Positions 8,395 through 16,997 of a stretch of DNA of 64,000 nucleotides are shown piece after piece (within the stretch, counting starts at the first letter, position 1; each line of letters begins with the position of its first letter). Source of the stretch: an uncultured bacterium (GTDB lineage Bacteria; Patescibacteriota; Minisyncoccia; Phycocordibacterales; CAIZLB01). Under the pieces are notes generated by a model, which made no database searches, was not told the origin of the DNA, and saw nothing but the letters and a program-made list of their open reading frames with translations. A program made the position numbers and the translations under genes. Location of the stretch: the NCBI GenBank assembly GCA_903821355.1, contig CAIJKW010000022.1, positions 423-64,422 of the forward strand, written 5' to 3'.

Positions 8395-9042
8395 TTATTC
8401 TGCAAAAAATTCCCTTCCTTTATCTAAAAAATTATTTTTTAATATTTTAAAATATTCTCCACCATCCTTACCTTCCTCCAGATATCTGAAAATTGCTCCA
8501 GAAATCCAGTCTGCAATTTGTATGTTTGTATTTGAAGTAGAATCAATCATGTGTACTTGAATCATGGTTTCAGCAGAACATAGAGGTAAAAGCTTCCCTG
8601 TAATATGCGATTCAAATTCACTTTTAGACATGTCTTTTAATGATCTTTGATCACAGAATATATAAATCTCTTTTTCGTCCGTAGGTAAATATGTCCCAAG
8701 TGTCTCAGCAATAATATTTGCGTATAAAATACCGCTATCTAATTTTCCCTTCCTTCTATATTTACTCGGTATATTATTTATTGATAAAAAACCATATCTG
8801 ATACGAACGTCCATATTTGAGATGTATTTAACTGTATGAATGCGAAGTTTATCAGCAATTCCTGTTGCAGACCATTTGATTTCACCTTGCTTCCGCATCT
8901 TTTTTGGAAACTTACTGTTTATCCAAGCTTTAAAAGCTTTTGCGGTAGCCTTCTGATTACTTACAGTAAAAGAGCCGATCACGAAATATTCTTCATGATT
9001 ATGTTTTGTAAAATTTCCACTTTCATCTAAAAATATGTACAT
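8395..9042 (-). CDS. DUF3800 family protein
   Basis: N-terminal MYIFLDESGNF and C-terminal NIQIADWISGAIFR match the DUF3800 hallmarks (YiDESG ... QlADlia). Confidence 0.6.
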   Translation of the reverse strand: MYIFLDESGNFTKHNHEEYFVIGSFTVSNQKATAKAFKAWINSKFPKKMRKQGEIKWSATGIADKLRIHTVKYISNMDVRIRYGFLSINNIPSKYRRKGKLDSGILYANIIAETLGTYLPTDEKEIYIFCDQRSLKDMSKSEFESHITGKLLPLCSAETMIQVHMIDSTSNTNIQIADWISGAIFRYLEEGKDGGEYFKILKNNFLDKGREFFAE

Positions 9043-9357
9043 AAAATTTATAAAATAAGTTTCCCAAGGTCTTCATAGAGGTAAACCAAAAATCAATGTC
9101 TTAACCTTCTAGTTTGAAATTTTGCAGGCCTTAAAATACCCTTATTTCTGAGAGTTTGCCATTAATCTTAAAAATTCAGCTTTAGTGCCCCTAAAACCCC
9201 TCAGTGATTTTTTTGATATTTTTTTCTTTTTCATAATGACACATAATACAGATGAGACATGATACCTTTATAAAGAGAATCTAAAGAATTACCAACATTT
9301 TTCTTTGGTATTTTAGTAGTGTTGTGGATAAGTCATTTATATGGCAATATTTATTGT

Positions 9358-9705
9358 ATGGACCCTATAAAAAGACTAACTAAAAAGATAGTGGCGTTTA
9401 GAAACAGGAGAAATTGGAAACAATTTCACAACCCAAAAGATTTATCAATATCGTTGGTTCTAGAAGCAACAGAACTGATGGAACATTTTCAATGGAAGAA
9501 TACACAGGAGACAGAAGAATATGTTAAGAAAAATAAAGCAGAAATATCAGAAGAAATAGCGGATGTTTTATATTATATCTTATTAATTTCTCACGACATG
9601 AAAATTGATGTAGAAAAAGCTTTAGATAGGAAGATTGAAATAAATGACAAAAAATATCCTGTAGAAAAATCAAAAGGTAATCATACTAAATATAATAAGT
9701 TATAA
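9358..9705 (+). CDS. MazG-like nucleoside-triphosphate pyrophosphohydrolase (all-alpha NTP-PPase)
   Basis: KKIVAFRNRRNWKQFHNPKDLSISLVLEATELMEHFQW...EEIADVLYYILLIS is the MazG/YpjD-like EExxE/D core. Stop is 2 nt before the next start. Confidence 0.6.
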   Translation: MDPIKRLTKKIVAFRNRRNWKQFHNPKDLSISLVLEATELMEHFQWKNTQETEEYVKKNKAEISEEIADVLYYILLISHDMKIDVEKALDRKIEINDKKYPVEKSKGNHTKYNKL

Positions 9706-9707
9706 AA

Positions 9708-11576
9708 ATGATAGTATACTCTAAGCAGAAAATTGACTTTAAAAAAGATATCATGTCCAATAATATTGGTAATATTATTTTAGACAACTACAAAAGAGTT
9801 ACTGGCAGAAATACAGGGAAATCAGAATTTGATTCTTGGACAAATTCATTACAATATATGGAGAGAGTTTTATCAGATTCAGAAATTCCTGATGATGCCG
9901 GTATCGCTATTGAGTATCATATTCCTCAGTCATCAAAGAGGGTAGATTTTATAATTACAGGTTCTGATTCTGAAAAAAATGAATCCGCTATTTTAATAGA
10001 ATTAAAACAATGGCAGACAGCCAAGCTTACAGAAAAAGACGCTGTCGTTATTACTAGATTTAAAGGAGGGGAACAAGAGACGACACATCCTTCATATCAG
10101 GCCTGGTCCTACAAAAGGTTACTTGAAGATTTCAATCAAACTGTAGATGAAGATAAAATCCAACTATTTCCTTGTGCGTATCTTCATAACTATGATTCTG
10201 ATAACGTAATAGATAATGATTTTTATGGTGAATACACAAATAACGCTCCTCTGTTCTTAAAACCTGATGCAGTTAAATTGCAGGATTTTATAAAAGCACA
10301 TGTTAAACATGGAGACAAGAGTCGAATAATGTTTCGGATAGATAATGGTAAAATTCGACCGTCAAAAAGTTTAGCTGATCAATTAAGCTCTATGTTGTTT
10401 GGCAATACAGAGTTTACAATGATTGATGATCAGAAAATTGTATACGAGACAGCTATTAATCTGGCAAAGACATCGCATGAAAATAATAAAAACGTTCTGA
10501 TTGTTCAAGGCGGTCCAGGAACCGGTAAGTCTGTGGTCGCTATAAATTTACTTGTAGCGCTGACTAATCTTCCTGAAAATAGACTTGTGACTCAATATAT
10601 AACTCGTAATTCTGCCCCAAGAGCTGTCTATGAAGCTAAATTAACTGGAAGCCATAAAAAATCTCACATTACAAATATGTTTAGTGGTTCAGGATCTTTT
10701 CATTCAGTTAAATCAAATATTTTTGATGCGTTAATAGTGGATGAAGCCCACAGACTTAATGCTAAGTCTGGAATGTTTAGTCACTTAGGTGAAAATCAGG
10801 TTAAGGAAATAATTAATGCTTCAAAATTTAGTGTATTTTTTATTGATGAAGATCAAAAGGTCACACTTAAAGATATTGGTGATACAGAAGAAATTAAAAA
10901 ATATGCAAAACAACTTAATGCGAATGTCGTTGATATGACCCTAGAATCACAATTTAGATGTAATGGTTCAGACGGGTATTTGGCTTGGTTGGATGATGTG
11001 CTTCAGATAAGACAAACTGCAAATAATTCTTTGAAAGAACTGAATTACGACTTTAAGATATTTGATGATCCTCAAAAAATGCACGATGAAATAGTTGAAA
11101 AAAATAAAGAAAAGAACAAAGCTCGTGTTGTTGCTGGGTATTGTTGGAAGTGGATTAGTAAAAACAGGCCCGTGCTTAAAGATATCGTGATAGGTAATTA
11201 TAAAGCTACCTGGAATTTGAATGAAGATGGGCAAGCGTGGATTATTAAACCTGAATCTGTAACAGAAGTTGGATGCATACACACATGTCAGGGATTAGAG
11301 GTCGATTATGTCGGTGTGATTATAGGAAAAGATTTGATAGTTAGAGATGATGTAATTAAGACCGTACCAGAAGAGCGAGCAAGTACGGATAAATCTGTAC
11401 ACGGGTGGAAGAAGATGTTTAAAGAAAATCCAGAAGAGACTCTGAGAAAACTAGATTTGATAATAAAAAATACTTATAGAACTTTAATGACTAGGGGAAT
11501 GAAAGGATGTTACGTATATTTCGAGGATAAAGAAACTGAGAAATATTTTAGAGAAAGACTGTCTTTTATAGAATAA
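9708..11576 (+). CDS. N-terminal PD-(D/E)xK nuclease-like domain fused to a DUF2075 (Nhi/Schlafen-helicase-like) P-loop ATPase
   Basis: N-terminus has VDFIITG...AILIELKQW (D ... ExK). Walker A is VQGGPGTGKSVVAIN and Walker B is ALIVDEAHRL. C-terminus GYCWKW...CIHTCQGLEVDYVGVIIG is typical of DUF2075 proteins. Confidence 0.65.
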   Translation: MIVYSKQKIDFKKDIMSNNIGNIILDNYKRVTGRNTGKSEFDSWTNSLQYMERVLSDSEIPDDAGIAIEYHIPQSSKRVDFIITGSDSEKNESAILIELKQWQTAKLTEKDAVVITRFKGGEQETTHPSYQAWSYKRLLEDFNQTVDEDKIQLFPCAYLHNYDSDNVIDNDFYGEYTNNAPLFLKPDAVKLQDFIKAHVKHGDKSRIMFRIDNGKIRPSKSLADQLSSMLFGNTEFTMIDDQKIVYETAINLAKTSHENNKNVLIVQGGPGTGKSVVAINLLVALTNLPENRLVTQYITRNSAPRAVYEAKLTGSHKKSHITNMFSGSGSFHSVKSNIFDALIVDEAHRLNAKSGMFSHLGENQVKEIINASKFSVFFIDEDQKVTLKDIGDTEEIKKYAKQLNANVVDMTLESQFRCNGSDGYLAWLDDVLQIRQTANNSLKELNYDFKIFDDPQKMHDEIVEKNKEKNKARVVAGYCWKWISKNRPVLKDIVIGNYKATWNLNEDGQAWIIKPESVTEVGCIHTCQGLEVDYVGVIIGKDLIVRDDVIKTVPEERASTDKSVHGWKKMFKENPEETLRKLDLIIKNTYRTLMTRGMKGCYVYFEDKETEKYFRERLSFIE

Positions 11577-11583
11577 TAATTGG

Positions 11584-12273
11584 ATGATTCCAACCCTCCT
11601 AAAATTAAAAAGAAAAATAAACAAACTAAGGCGGTCCATCAAAACCGCTCGCACCTCTCGTCCTGCCCGCCCAATCAAAACCTCAGAAAATCAAATCACG
11701 CTCAAGGGACAAAATGTTCCGTACGTCCTTCGCTTAAACCCTCGATCCAAATCTATTCGTCTTGCAATTCATTCGGGTGGGGAATTTACGGTGACAGCGC
11801 CGCCTAGGGTGACGCAGAAAATGATTGAGCATTTTATCGAGCTGAAAGCGGATTGGATACTGGAAAAGATTGCGCATTTTAAAAAGTTTGATTTGGCGCG
11901 CGGATCCGGGTCGCAAGCGTCGGCGCCGAGAAAAACTAAAGCACAGCAACGCGCGGAATATTTGGCTCTTAAAGATAAGGCGCTCAAAATTGCTACAGAA
12001 AAAGTTCTACATTGGAATGCCTTCTACAATTTTAAATTCAACAAAATCAGTATCAAAAATCAAAAAACCAGATGGGGGAGTTGTTCCAAAAATGGGAATC
12101 TGAATTTCAATTACAAAATTGCGCTTCTGCCTGAAAATTTGGCGGACTATCTTGTTGTGCACGAGATTGCACACCTCGGCCAATTTAATCACTCGGCAAA
12201 ATTTTGGGCGCTTGTAGCACAAACAATTCCGGATTATCAGACGCTTAGAAAAGAATTGAAGGGAGTTAAATAA
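11584..12273 (+). CDS. YgjP-like metal-dependent hydrolase (DUF45, WLM/M48-like HExxH)
   Basis: C-terminal LADYLVVHEIAHLGQFNHSAKFWALV contains the HEIAH zinc motif of the DUF45/YgjP family. Starts 7 nt after the preceding gene. Confidence 0.7.
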   Translation: MIPTLLKLKRKINKLRRSIKTARTSRPARPIKTSENQITLKGQNVPYVLRLNPRSKSIRLAIHSGGEFTVTAPPRVTQKMIEHFIELKADWILEKIAHFKKFDLARGSGSQASAPRKTKAQQRAEYLALKDKALKIATEKVLHWNAFYNFKFNKISIKNQKTRWGSCSKNGNLNFNYKIALLPENLADYLVVHEIAHLGQFNHSAKFWALVAQTIPDYQTLRKELKGVK

Positions 12274-12293
12274 ATGAATAAATAAGTAGAGTA

Positions 12294-12316
12294 GAATTTT
12301 TGCACGTGGTATAATA
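12294..12316 (+). promoter_or_regulatory. Extended -10 promoter (TGgTATAAT) for the TspO gene
   Basis: tgcacgtggtataata immediately upstream of the start at 12322. Confidence 0.5.
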
Positions 12317-12321
12317 ACTAC

Positions 12322-12720
12322 ATGAACAATACCTACAACTGGTACTCGCAACTTATAAAACCAAGGTGGTCTCCACCAAGCTATCTTTTTGGCCCCGTCT
12401 GGAGCGTACTGTACATAATAATTGCAGCAAGCTTTGGAACGGTCTTTTACAAAGCATTCACAAAACAAATTCCTTGGATTGTGGCTCTACCCTTCATCCT
12501 TAACTTAATCTTCAATTTTGCTTTTACTCCGCTTCAATTTGGCTTAAAAAATAATTTACTGGGCGCCATTGATATCCTCTTAGTACTTGGAACATTAATT
12601 TGGGCGATAATTGCAATCTACCCATACGTTAAATGGGTTGCTTATATTCAAACTCCATATTTGCTTTGGGTTACTTTTGCTACCGTCTTGCAATTGACGA
12701 TTACATATTTGAATAGATAG
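12322..12720 (+). CDS. TspO/MBR (tryptophan-rich sensory protein) family membrane protein
   Basis: WYSQLIKPRWSPPSYLFGPVWSVLYIIIAASFG... is a Trp-rich multi-TM protein matching TspO N-terminal signatures. Confidence 0.6.
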   Translation: MNNTYNWYSQLIKPRWSPPSYLFGPVWSVLYIIIAASFGTVFYKAFTKQIPWIVALPFILNLIFNFAFTPLQFGLKNNLLGAIDILLVLGTLIWAIIAIYPYVKWVAYIQTPYLLWVTFATVLQLTITYLNR

Positions 12721-12840
12721 GGGATATATATCGAATACAAAAACTGCCATGTCGCCATATATATATGTGCACATTACCCGCACCTATTGACAATAACCAA
12801 TAGGCATGTTAGCATGTGTATGTGTTCGCACAAACCAAAT

Positions 12841-12992
12841 GCGCGACGTGGCACAGGACAGACCACTTAAGTCTCAATCCTGATATCGCGTGCGCGCGCA
12901 GTCCCGCAAAGCCGAAAGGCCGCTTGAGGGGACACAAAGGGGCTGTAATACGCCCAGCGTAAAGAGATCAAAAGGGGGAAACTTGCGGTTTG
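12841..12992 (-). ncRNA. Candidate structured small RNA of unknown family (GC-rich island in an AT-rich spacer)
   Basis: The segment is GC-rich with nested helices (GCC-GAAA-GGC GNRA hairpin; cagtccc/ggggctg helix). Minus-strand promoter TTGCTG-17nt-TATTAT at 13027-12999 points into it. No ORF of 60 aa or more other than GC-induced ones. Confidence 0.25.
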
Positions 12993-13197
12993 GATCGTAT
13001 AATAATAAGGATCCGTTAAAGCAGCAACAGTTAAGACTGTCATGATGTACGACAATTTGTTCTCGACAAGAGACAGACCGTGCACTTATGGGATTAAGCT
13101 TCCCGAAAGAAACCCCACTAATAACAAAGGTCTCAAAACCACCGTCCATGAATCAAGTAATGGGCGGTGTTTTTATTTGTATGTTAAAATAGGCGAC

Positions 13198-13707
13198 ATG
13201 AAAGCCAATAAAATAAGTATCGAAAACGCCAAGCAGGACAAGTTATTTTACTTTGTCGCTAATGTTGTTGTCTTCCGAGAATCTGACAAAAGATGTCTCA
13301 TCCTAAAAAGAAGCGAGTCTGAAAAAGTTCATCCTGGAAAATTTGCAGTCCCTGGTGGAAAGCTTGAGTGGAAGGACCTAGACATTACAAAGCCAACCAG
13401 AATGAATGGCGATGTGATAGATTTTGAAAACTCGGTTGAGGATCTTCTTAAAAGAGAAGTTATGGAAGAAGCAGGAATTGTAATCGATAATAAACTTCAT
13501 TATATAAATAGTGTAGCTTTTATTAGACCCGACGAGACTCCTGTCGTCCTCGTTAAATTTGCTGCAAAATATATCAGCGGAGACGTTGTGCCTGAGGCCG
13601 GCGCCTTTACTGATTTTGCATGGGTTAACGCAGAGGAAATTAAAAATTACGATTGTATACAAGGCGTCCATGAAGAGGTTGCTGAGACAATTAAGATATT
13701 TTGTTAA
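13198..13707 (+). CDS. NUDIX hydrolase
   Basis: GGKLEWKD...VEDLLKREVMEEAGI is a Nudix box (Gx5Ex7REVxEExGI). Start chosen at MKANKIS, internal to ORF 13042..13707. Confidence 0.7.
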   Translation: MKANKISIENAKQDKLFYFVANVVVFRESDKRCLILKRSESEKVHPGKFAVPGGKLEWKDLDITKPTRMNGDVIDFENSVEDLLKREVMEEAGIVIDNKLHYINSVAFIRPDETPVVLVKFAAKYISGDVVPEAGAFTDFAWVNAEEIKNYDCIQGVHEEVAETIKIFC

Positions 13708-13758
13708 GTAAGTCTGACGGTGGCATCCATCGCCATTTTATTGTACAATCTACCTACT

Positions 13759-16200
13759 ATGGCCAAAAAACAAGTATACGACCACAAGAAAATCGAAAAA
13801 AAGTGGCAAAAGAAATGGGAAACAAGTAAAATTTATAAAACTGATGACAAGACACTTAAGGCGGGTCAAAAGAAATTTTATGTTTTGGACATGTTCCCCT
13901 ATCCATCAGGAGAAGGCCTTCACGTTGGCCACCCAAAGGGATACATTGCAACTGACGTCGTTTCTAGAATGAAAAGAATGAATGGATTCAAAGTTCTTCA
14001 TCCGATGGGATGGGATGCTTTTGGCCTGCCTGCTGAGCAATTTGCTATTAAGAACAAAACTAATCCAATGATTGGTGTTAAAAAAACTGTTGCCAGATTT
14101 AAGAAACAAATTTCTATCATTGGACTTGATTACGATTGGGGACGTGAGATAAATACAACTGATCCAAAATACTATAAATGGACGCAATGGACATTCTTAA
14201 AAATGTTCGATGCTGGACTTGCTTATGAATCATGGGAACCAATCAACTGGTGTCCATCATGTAAAACTGGACTTGCTAATGAAGACTTGGAAGATGGAAA
14301 GTGTGAGCGATGTGGAAGCGTCGTTGAGAAAAAACCTCTTAGACAATGGGTGCTTAAAATTACAAAATATGCGGATAGAATGCTTAATGATTTGGAAACT
14401 CTAGAGTGGCCAGAGCCTATTAAGGATGCCCAAAGAAATTGGATTGGTAGAAGTGAGGGGTCAATGATTTCTTTCGATATTGAGGGAACATCTGACGCGT
14501 CAGGTTCGGAAAAGAAGATCACAGTATTTACAACTCGTCCTGATACACTTTATGGTGTGACATATGTTGTGATTGCCCCAGAACATAAATTGGTTCTTGA
14601 ATTGAAAGACAAAATAAAGAACTGGAAGGAAGTCGAGAAGTATATTGTGGAGACCAAGAATAAAACAGAAATTGATAGAACGGCAGAAGGAAAAGAAAAA
14701 ACTGGTGTTAAGCTTGAGGGAATTTCTGCGATTCACCCAATCACAAAAGAAAAAGTTTCTGTTTTTATTGCTGACTACGCGCTGGCTGGCTATGGAACAG
14801 GATGTGTGATGGCGGTGGGTGCGCATGATACTCGTGATTTTGATTTTGCAAAGAAATATGATTTGGAAATTAGAGAGGTTATCACTCCAGCCGATGCTGA
14901 TGCACAACTTCCATATCTTGGTGATGGCGTGATGATTAATTCGCCAAAATTTAATGGCAAGAAAAACACAGAAATTTTTGAAGAAATTACAAAACTTGCA
15001 GGTGGTAAAAGGGAAGTGGTTTATAAGCTGAAAGACTGGGTCTTTTCTCGTCAAAGATATTGGGGTGAACCGATTCCTGTAATTCATTGTGAAAAATGTG
15101 GAGTTGTACCTGTGCCTTATAAGGATTTGCCAGTTGTACTTCCTAAGGTGAAAAGTTATGAACCAACAGGAACGGGAGAGTCACCACTCGCTAATATTGC
15201 TTCTTGGGTAAATGTTAAGTGTCCTAAATGTAAGGGCCCAGGAAAGCGTGAGACAAACACTATGCCTCAATGGGCGGGTTCATCTTGGTATTATTTACGA
15301 TATATGGATCCTAAGAACGATAAGGCTCTAGTTGACCCTAAGAAGGAAGCTTTTTGGTCACCTGTGGATTTTTACGTCGGAGGGGCAGAACACGCTGCTA
15401 GGCACCTTATATACGCTAGATTCTGGCATAAATTCTTGCAAGACATCGGGGTTGTTAAATATGGTGAGCCTTTTAAGAAATTACAGAATGTTGGATTGAT
15501 TATGGGTGAAGACGGCAGAAAGATGAGTAAGAGGTATGGAAATGTGGTTAATCCAGATTCTATCGTTGAAACTTATGGAGCAGATTCATTAAGATTATAT
15601 GAAATGTTCATGGGTCCATTTGATCAAGAAATTTCATGGAAAACTGATAACATTATTGGGGTCAGAAGATTCTTGGAAAAAGTTTGGCGATTACAAGAGA
15701 AGGTTGTGACAGACAAAAAGAAAAAAGTTGATTTGGATGATACGACTGAAATTATTTTTAATCAAACTATTAAAAAAGTCACCGATGATATTAACGAACT
15801 TGGCTTTAATACGGCCGTCTCTCAAATGATGATTTTTGTAAATCATTTGGAAAAAGTTGAAAATATTTCTCAGGCGGTTTATTTGACTTTGATAAAATTA
15901 TTAGCACCATTTGCTCCACATATGACGGAGGAAATTTGGGCGATGTATAATCCAAAGGGAAGTGTACACGTGTCGAGTTGGCCTGAGTACGATTCTACCA
16001 AGTTGGTATTATCTACTGTCACAGTAGTGGTTCAAGTGAATGGAAAAGTTAGAGATCAATTCAGTGCAAAGAACGGAATCTCAAAAGCTGAAATGGAGAA
16101 GATGGCACTTGCTTCAAAATATATTCAAGAAAATTTTGCGGGTAAAACTCCAGCAAGGATTATTGTGGTGCCAAATAAAATTGTGAATTTGGTTTACTAG
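13759..16200 (+). CDS. leuS: Leucine--tRNA ligase
   Basis: MAKKQVYDHKKIEKKWQKKWE N-terminus. HVGHPKGYIATDVVSRMKRMNGFKVLHPMGWDAFGLPAE is the HIGH region. KMSKRYGN is the KMSKS motif. Confidence 0.9.
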   Translation: MAKKQVYDHKKIEKKWQKKWETSKIYKTDDKTLKAGQKKFYVLDMFPYPSGEGLHVGHPKGYIATDVVSRMKRMNGFKVLHPMGWDAFGLPAEQFAIKNKTNPMIGVKKTVARFKKQISIIGLDYDWGREINTTDPKYYKWTQWTFLKMFDAGLAYESWEPINWCPSCKTGLANEDLEDGKCERCGSVVEKKPLRQWVLKITKYADRMLNDLETLEWPEPIKDAQRNWIGRSEGSMISFDIEGTSDASGSEKKITVFTTRPDTLYGVTYVVIAPEHKLVLELKDKIKNWKEVEKYIVETKNKTEIDRTAEGKEKTGVKLEGISAIHPITKEKVSVFIADYALAGYGTGCVMAVGAHDTRDFDFAKKYDLEIREVITPADADAQLPYLGDGVMINSPKFNGKKNTEIFEEITKLAGGKREVVYKLKDWVFSRQRYWGEPIPVIHCEKCGVVPVPYKDLPVVLPKVKSYEPTGTGESPLANIASWVNVKCPKCKGPGKRETNTMPQWAGSSWYYLRYMDPKNDKALVDPKKEAFWSPVDFYVGGAEHAARHLIYARFWHKFLQDIGVVKYGEPFKKLQNVGLIMGEDGRKMSKRYGNVVNPDSIVETYGADSLRLYEMFMGPFDQEISWKTDNIIGVRRFLEKVWRLQEKVVTDKKKKVDLDDTTEIIFNQTIKKVTDDINELGFNTAVSQMMIFVNHLEKVENISQAVYLTLIKLLAPFAPHMTEEIWAMYNPKGSVHVSSWPEYDSTKLVLSTVTVVVQVNGKVRDQFSAKNGISKAEMEKMALASKYIQENFAGKTPARIIVVPNKIVNLVY

Positions 16201-16276
16201 CCGGTACAATAAGTGAGTGGAGAATGATGTGTTGAGGCAAATATAAAACTCAGTAATAAAATTCAGTAATGGAAAA

Positions 16277-16299
16277 GCGCCGCCCCGGAGGGGCGGCGC
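16277..16299. terminator. Bidirectional GC-rich hairpin terminator between convergent genes
   Basis: gcgccgcccc-gga-ggggcggcgc perfect 10-bp stem. T-run on the minus side (ggaaaa) and ttgggttt on the plus side. Confidence 0.7.
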
Positions 16300-16333
16300 T
16301 TGGGTTTATGAGTTTCCTGGTGAGGTGAGGGGG

Positions 16334-16858
16334 TTAGGCCGAAACGGAGAGCGAGGACGCCTTTCCGGCACGGATTTCTTCCACCGCTTGCCAGATTGCC
16401 TGGCTAAGTGGTTTTTGGCACTTCTTCGGTACCACCTTGTCCAACTCGACGGGGTAGATCTGGTGTCCGTCCTTGCAGGGTTGCCCCTTCTTGACATGAA
16501 CCAGAACGGCGCTGGGATGCCCAGAAACTGGCACTAAAACGAATTCATCGAGCCCGTCGTAGGCTTTGATGAAATCATGGATGACATCCTCCGGGGTGTT
16601 GCAGACAGAGCAGTTGCAGTTGTTGAGACGGAACGGTGTGAATTCTTCATGCACCACGTGGATGCAGGCATGGCCGCATTTTGTGACGCTCACGAAATAC
16701 AAATCCAAGTAAGTTCCTTTCTCATTGGCCTTGGCTCGAGCGCACCTGGCAGCACCTTTTTGTTGTGCTCTTTGGACGCGCTCTTCGGCCTCTCGTGCTC
16801 TCCGTTCTGATTTGTCTTCGACAAGGGGTTTGGTAGGTCCGACATTTTTGACACTCAT
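16334..16858 (-). CDS. Cys-rich hypothetical protein, strongly GC-rich (likely horizontally acquired)
   Basis: 174-aa ORF with diverse composition and Cys pairs (CGHAC, CNCSVC). Markedly GC-rich. Overlapping alternative-frame ORFs are shorter. Confidence 0.45.
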   Translation of the reverse strand: MSVKNVGPTKPLVEDKSERRAREAEERVQRAQQKGAARCARAKANEKGTYLDLYFVSVTKCGHACIHVVHEEFTPFRLNNCNCSVCNTPEDVIHDFIKAYDGLDEFVLVPVSGHPSAVLVHVKKGQPCKDGHQIYPVELDKVVPKKCQKPLSQAIWQAVEEIRAGKASSLSVSA

Positions 16859-16997
16859 ATGCAGTTTTTTTGGTTTGGGTCAGTTTATTGAATCTGAAAT
16901 TTGGCCTGAAAACCTTTCAAGTCCAAATAGAATATAATCATACATCGATATTATTGTAAATAGCGACCCCAATTTATATTGTTGATAACTAATCGTA

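Noticed and set aside
12721-13197. Checked the TspO-NUDIX spacer for RNase P RNA, tmRNA and SRP RNA
   Set aside because: None of the hallmark motifs (GGAAAGUCCGG / ACAGAACCCGGCUUA; tmRNA 5' GGGGCUGAUUCUGGAUUCGAC and tag ORF; SRP GGAAGCAGCCAAGG) were found on either strand. Kept only as an unclassified structured element.
14500-15087. 195-aa minus-strand ORF inside leuS
   Set aside because: Antisense to a highly confident LeuRS gene. F/N/C/K-rich low-complexity composition typical of AT-rich shadow frames.
16306-16937. Several 60-77-aa ORFs in both strands across the GC-rich island (16306..16497, 16325..16537, 16577..16810, 16725..16937)
   Set aside because: High GC suppresses stop codons in all frames. 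The 174-aa minus-strand ORF 16334..16858 is longest and has protein-like composition, so the others were treated as artefacts.
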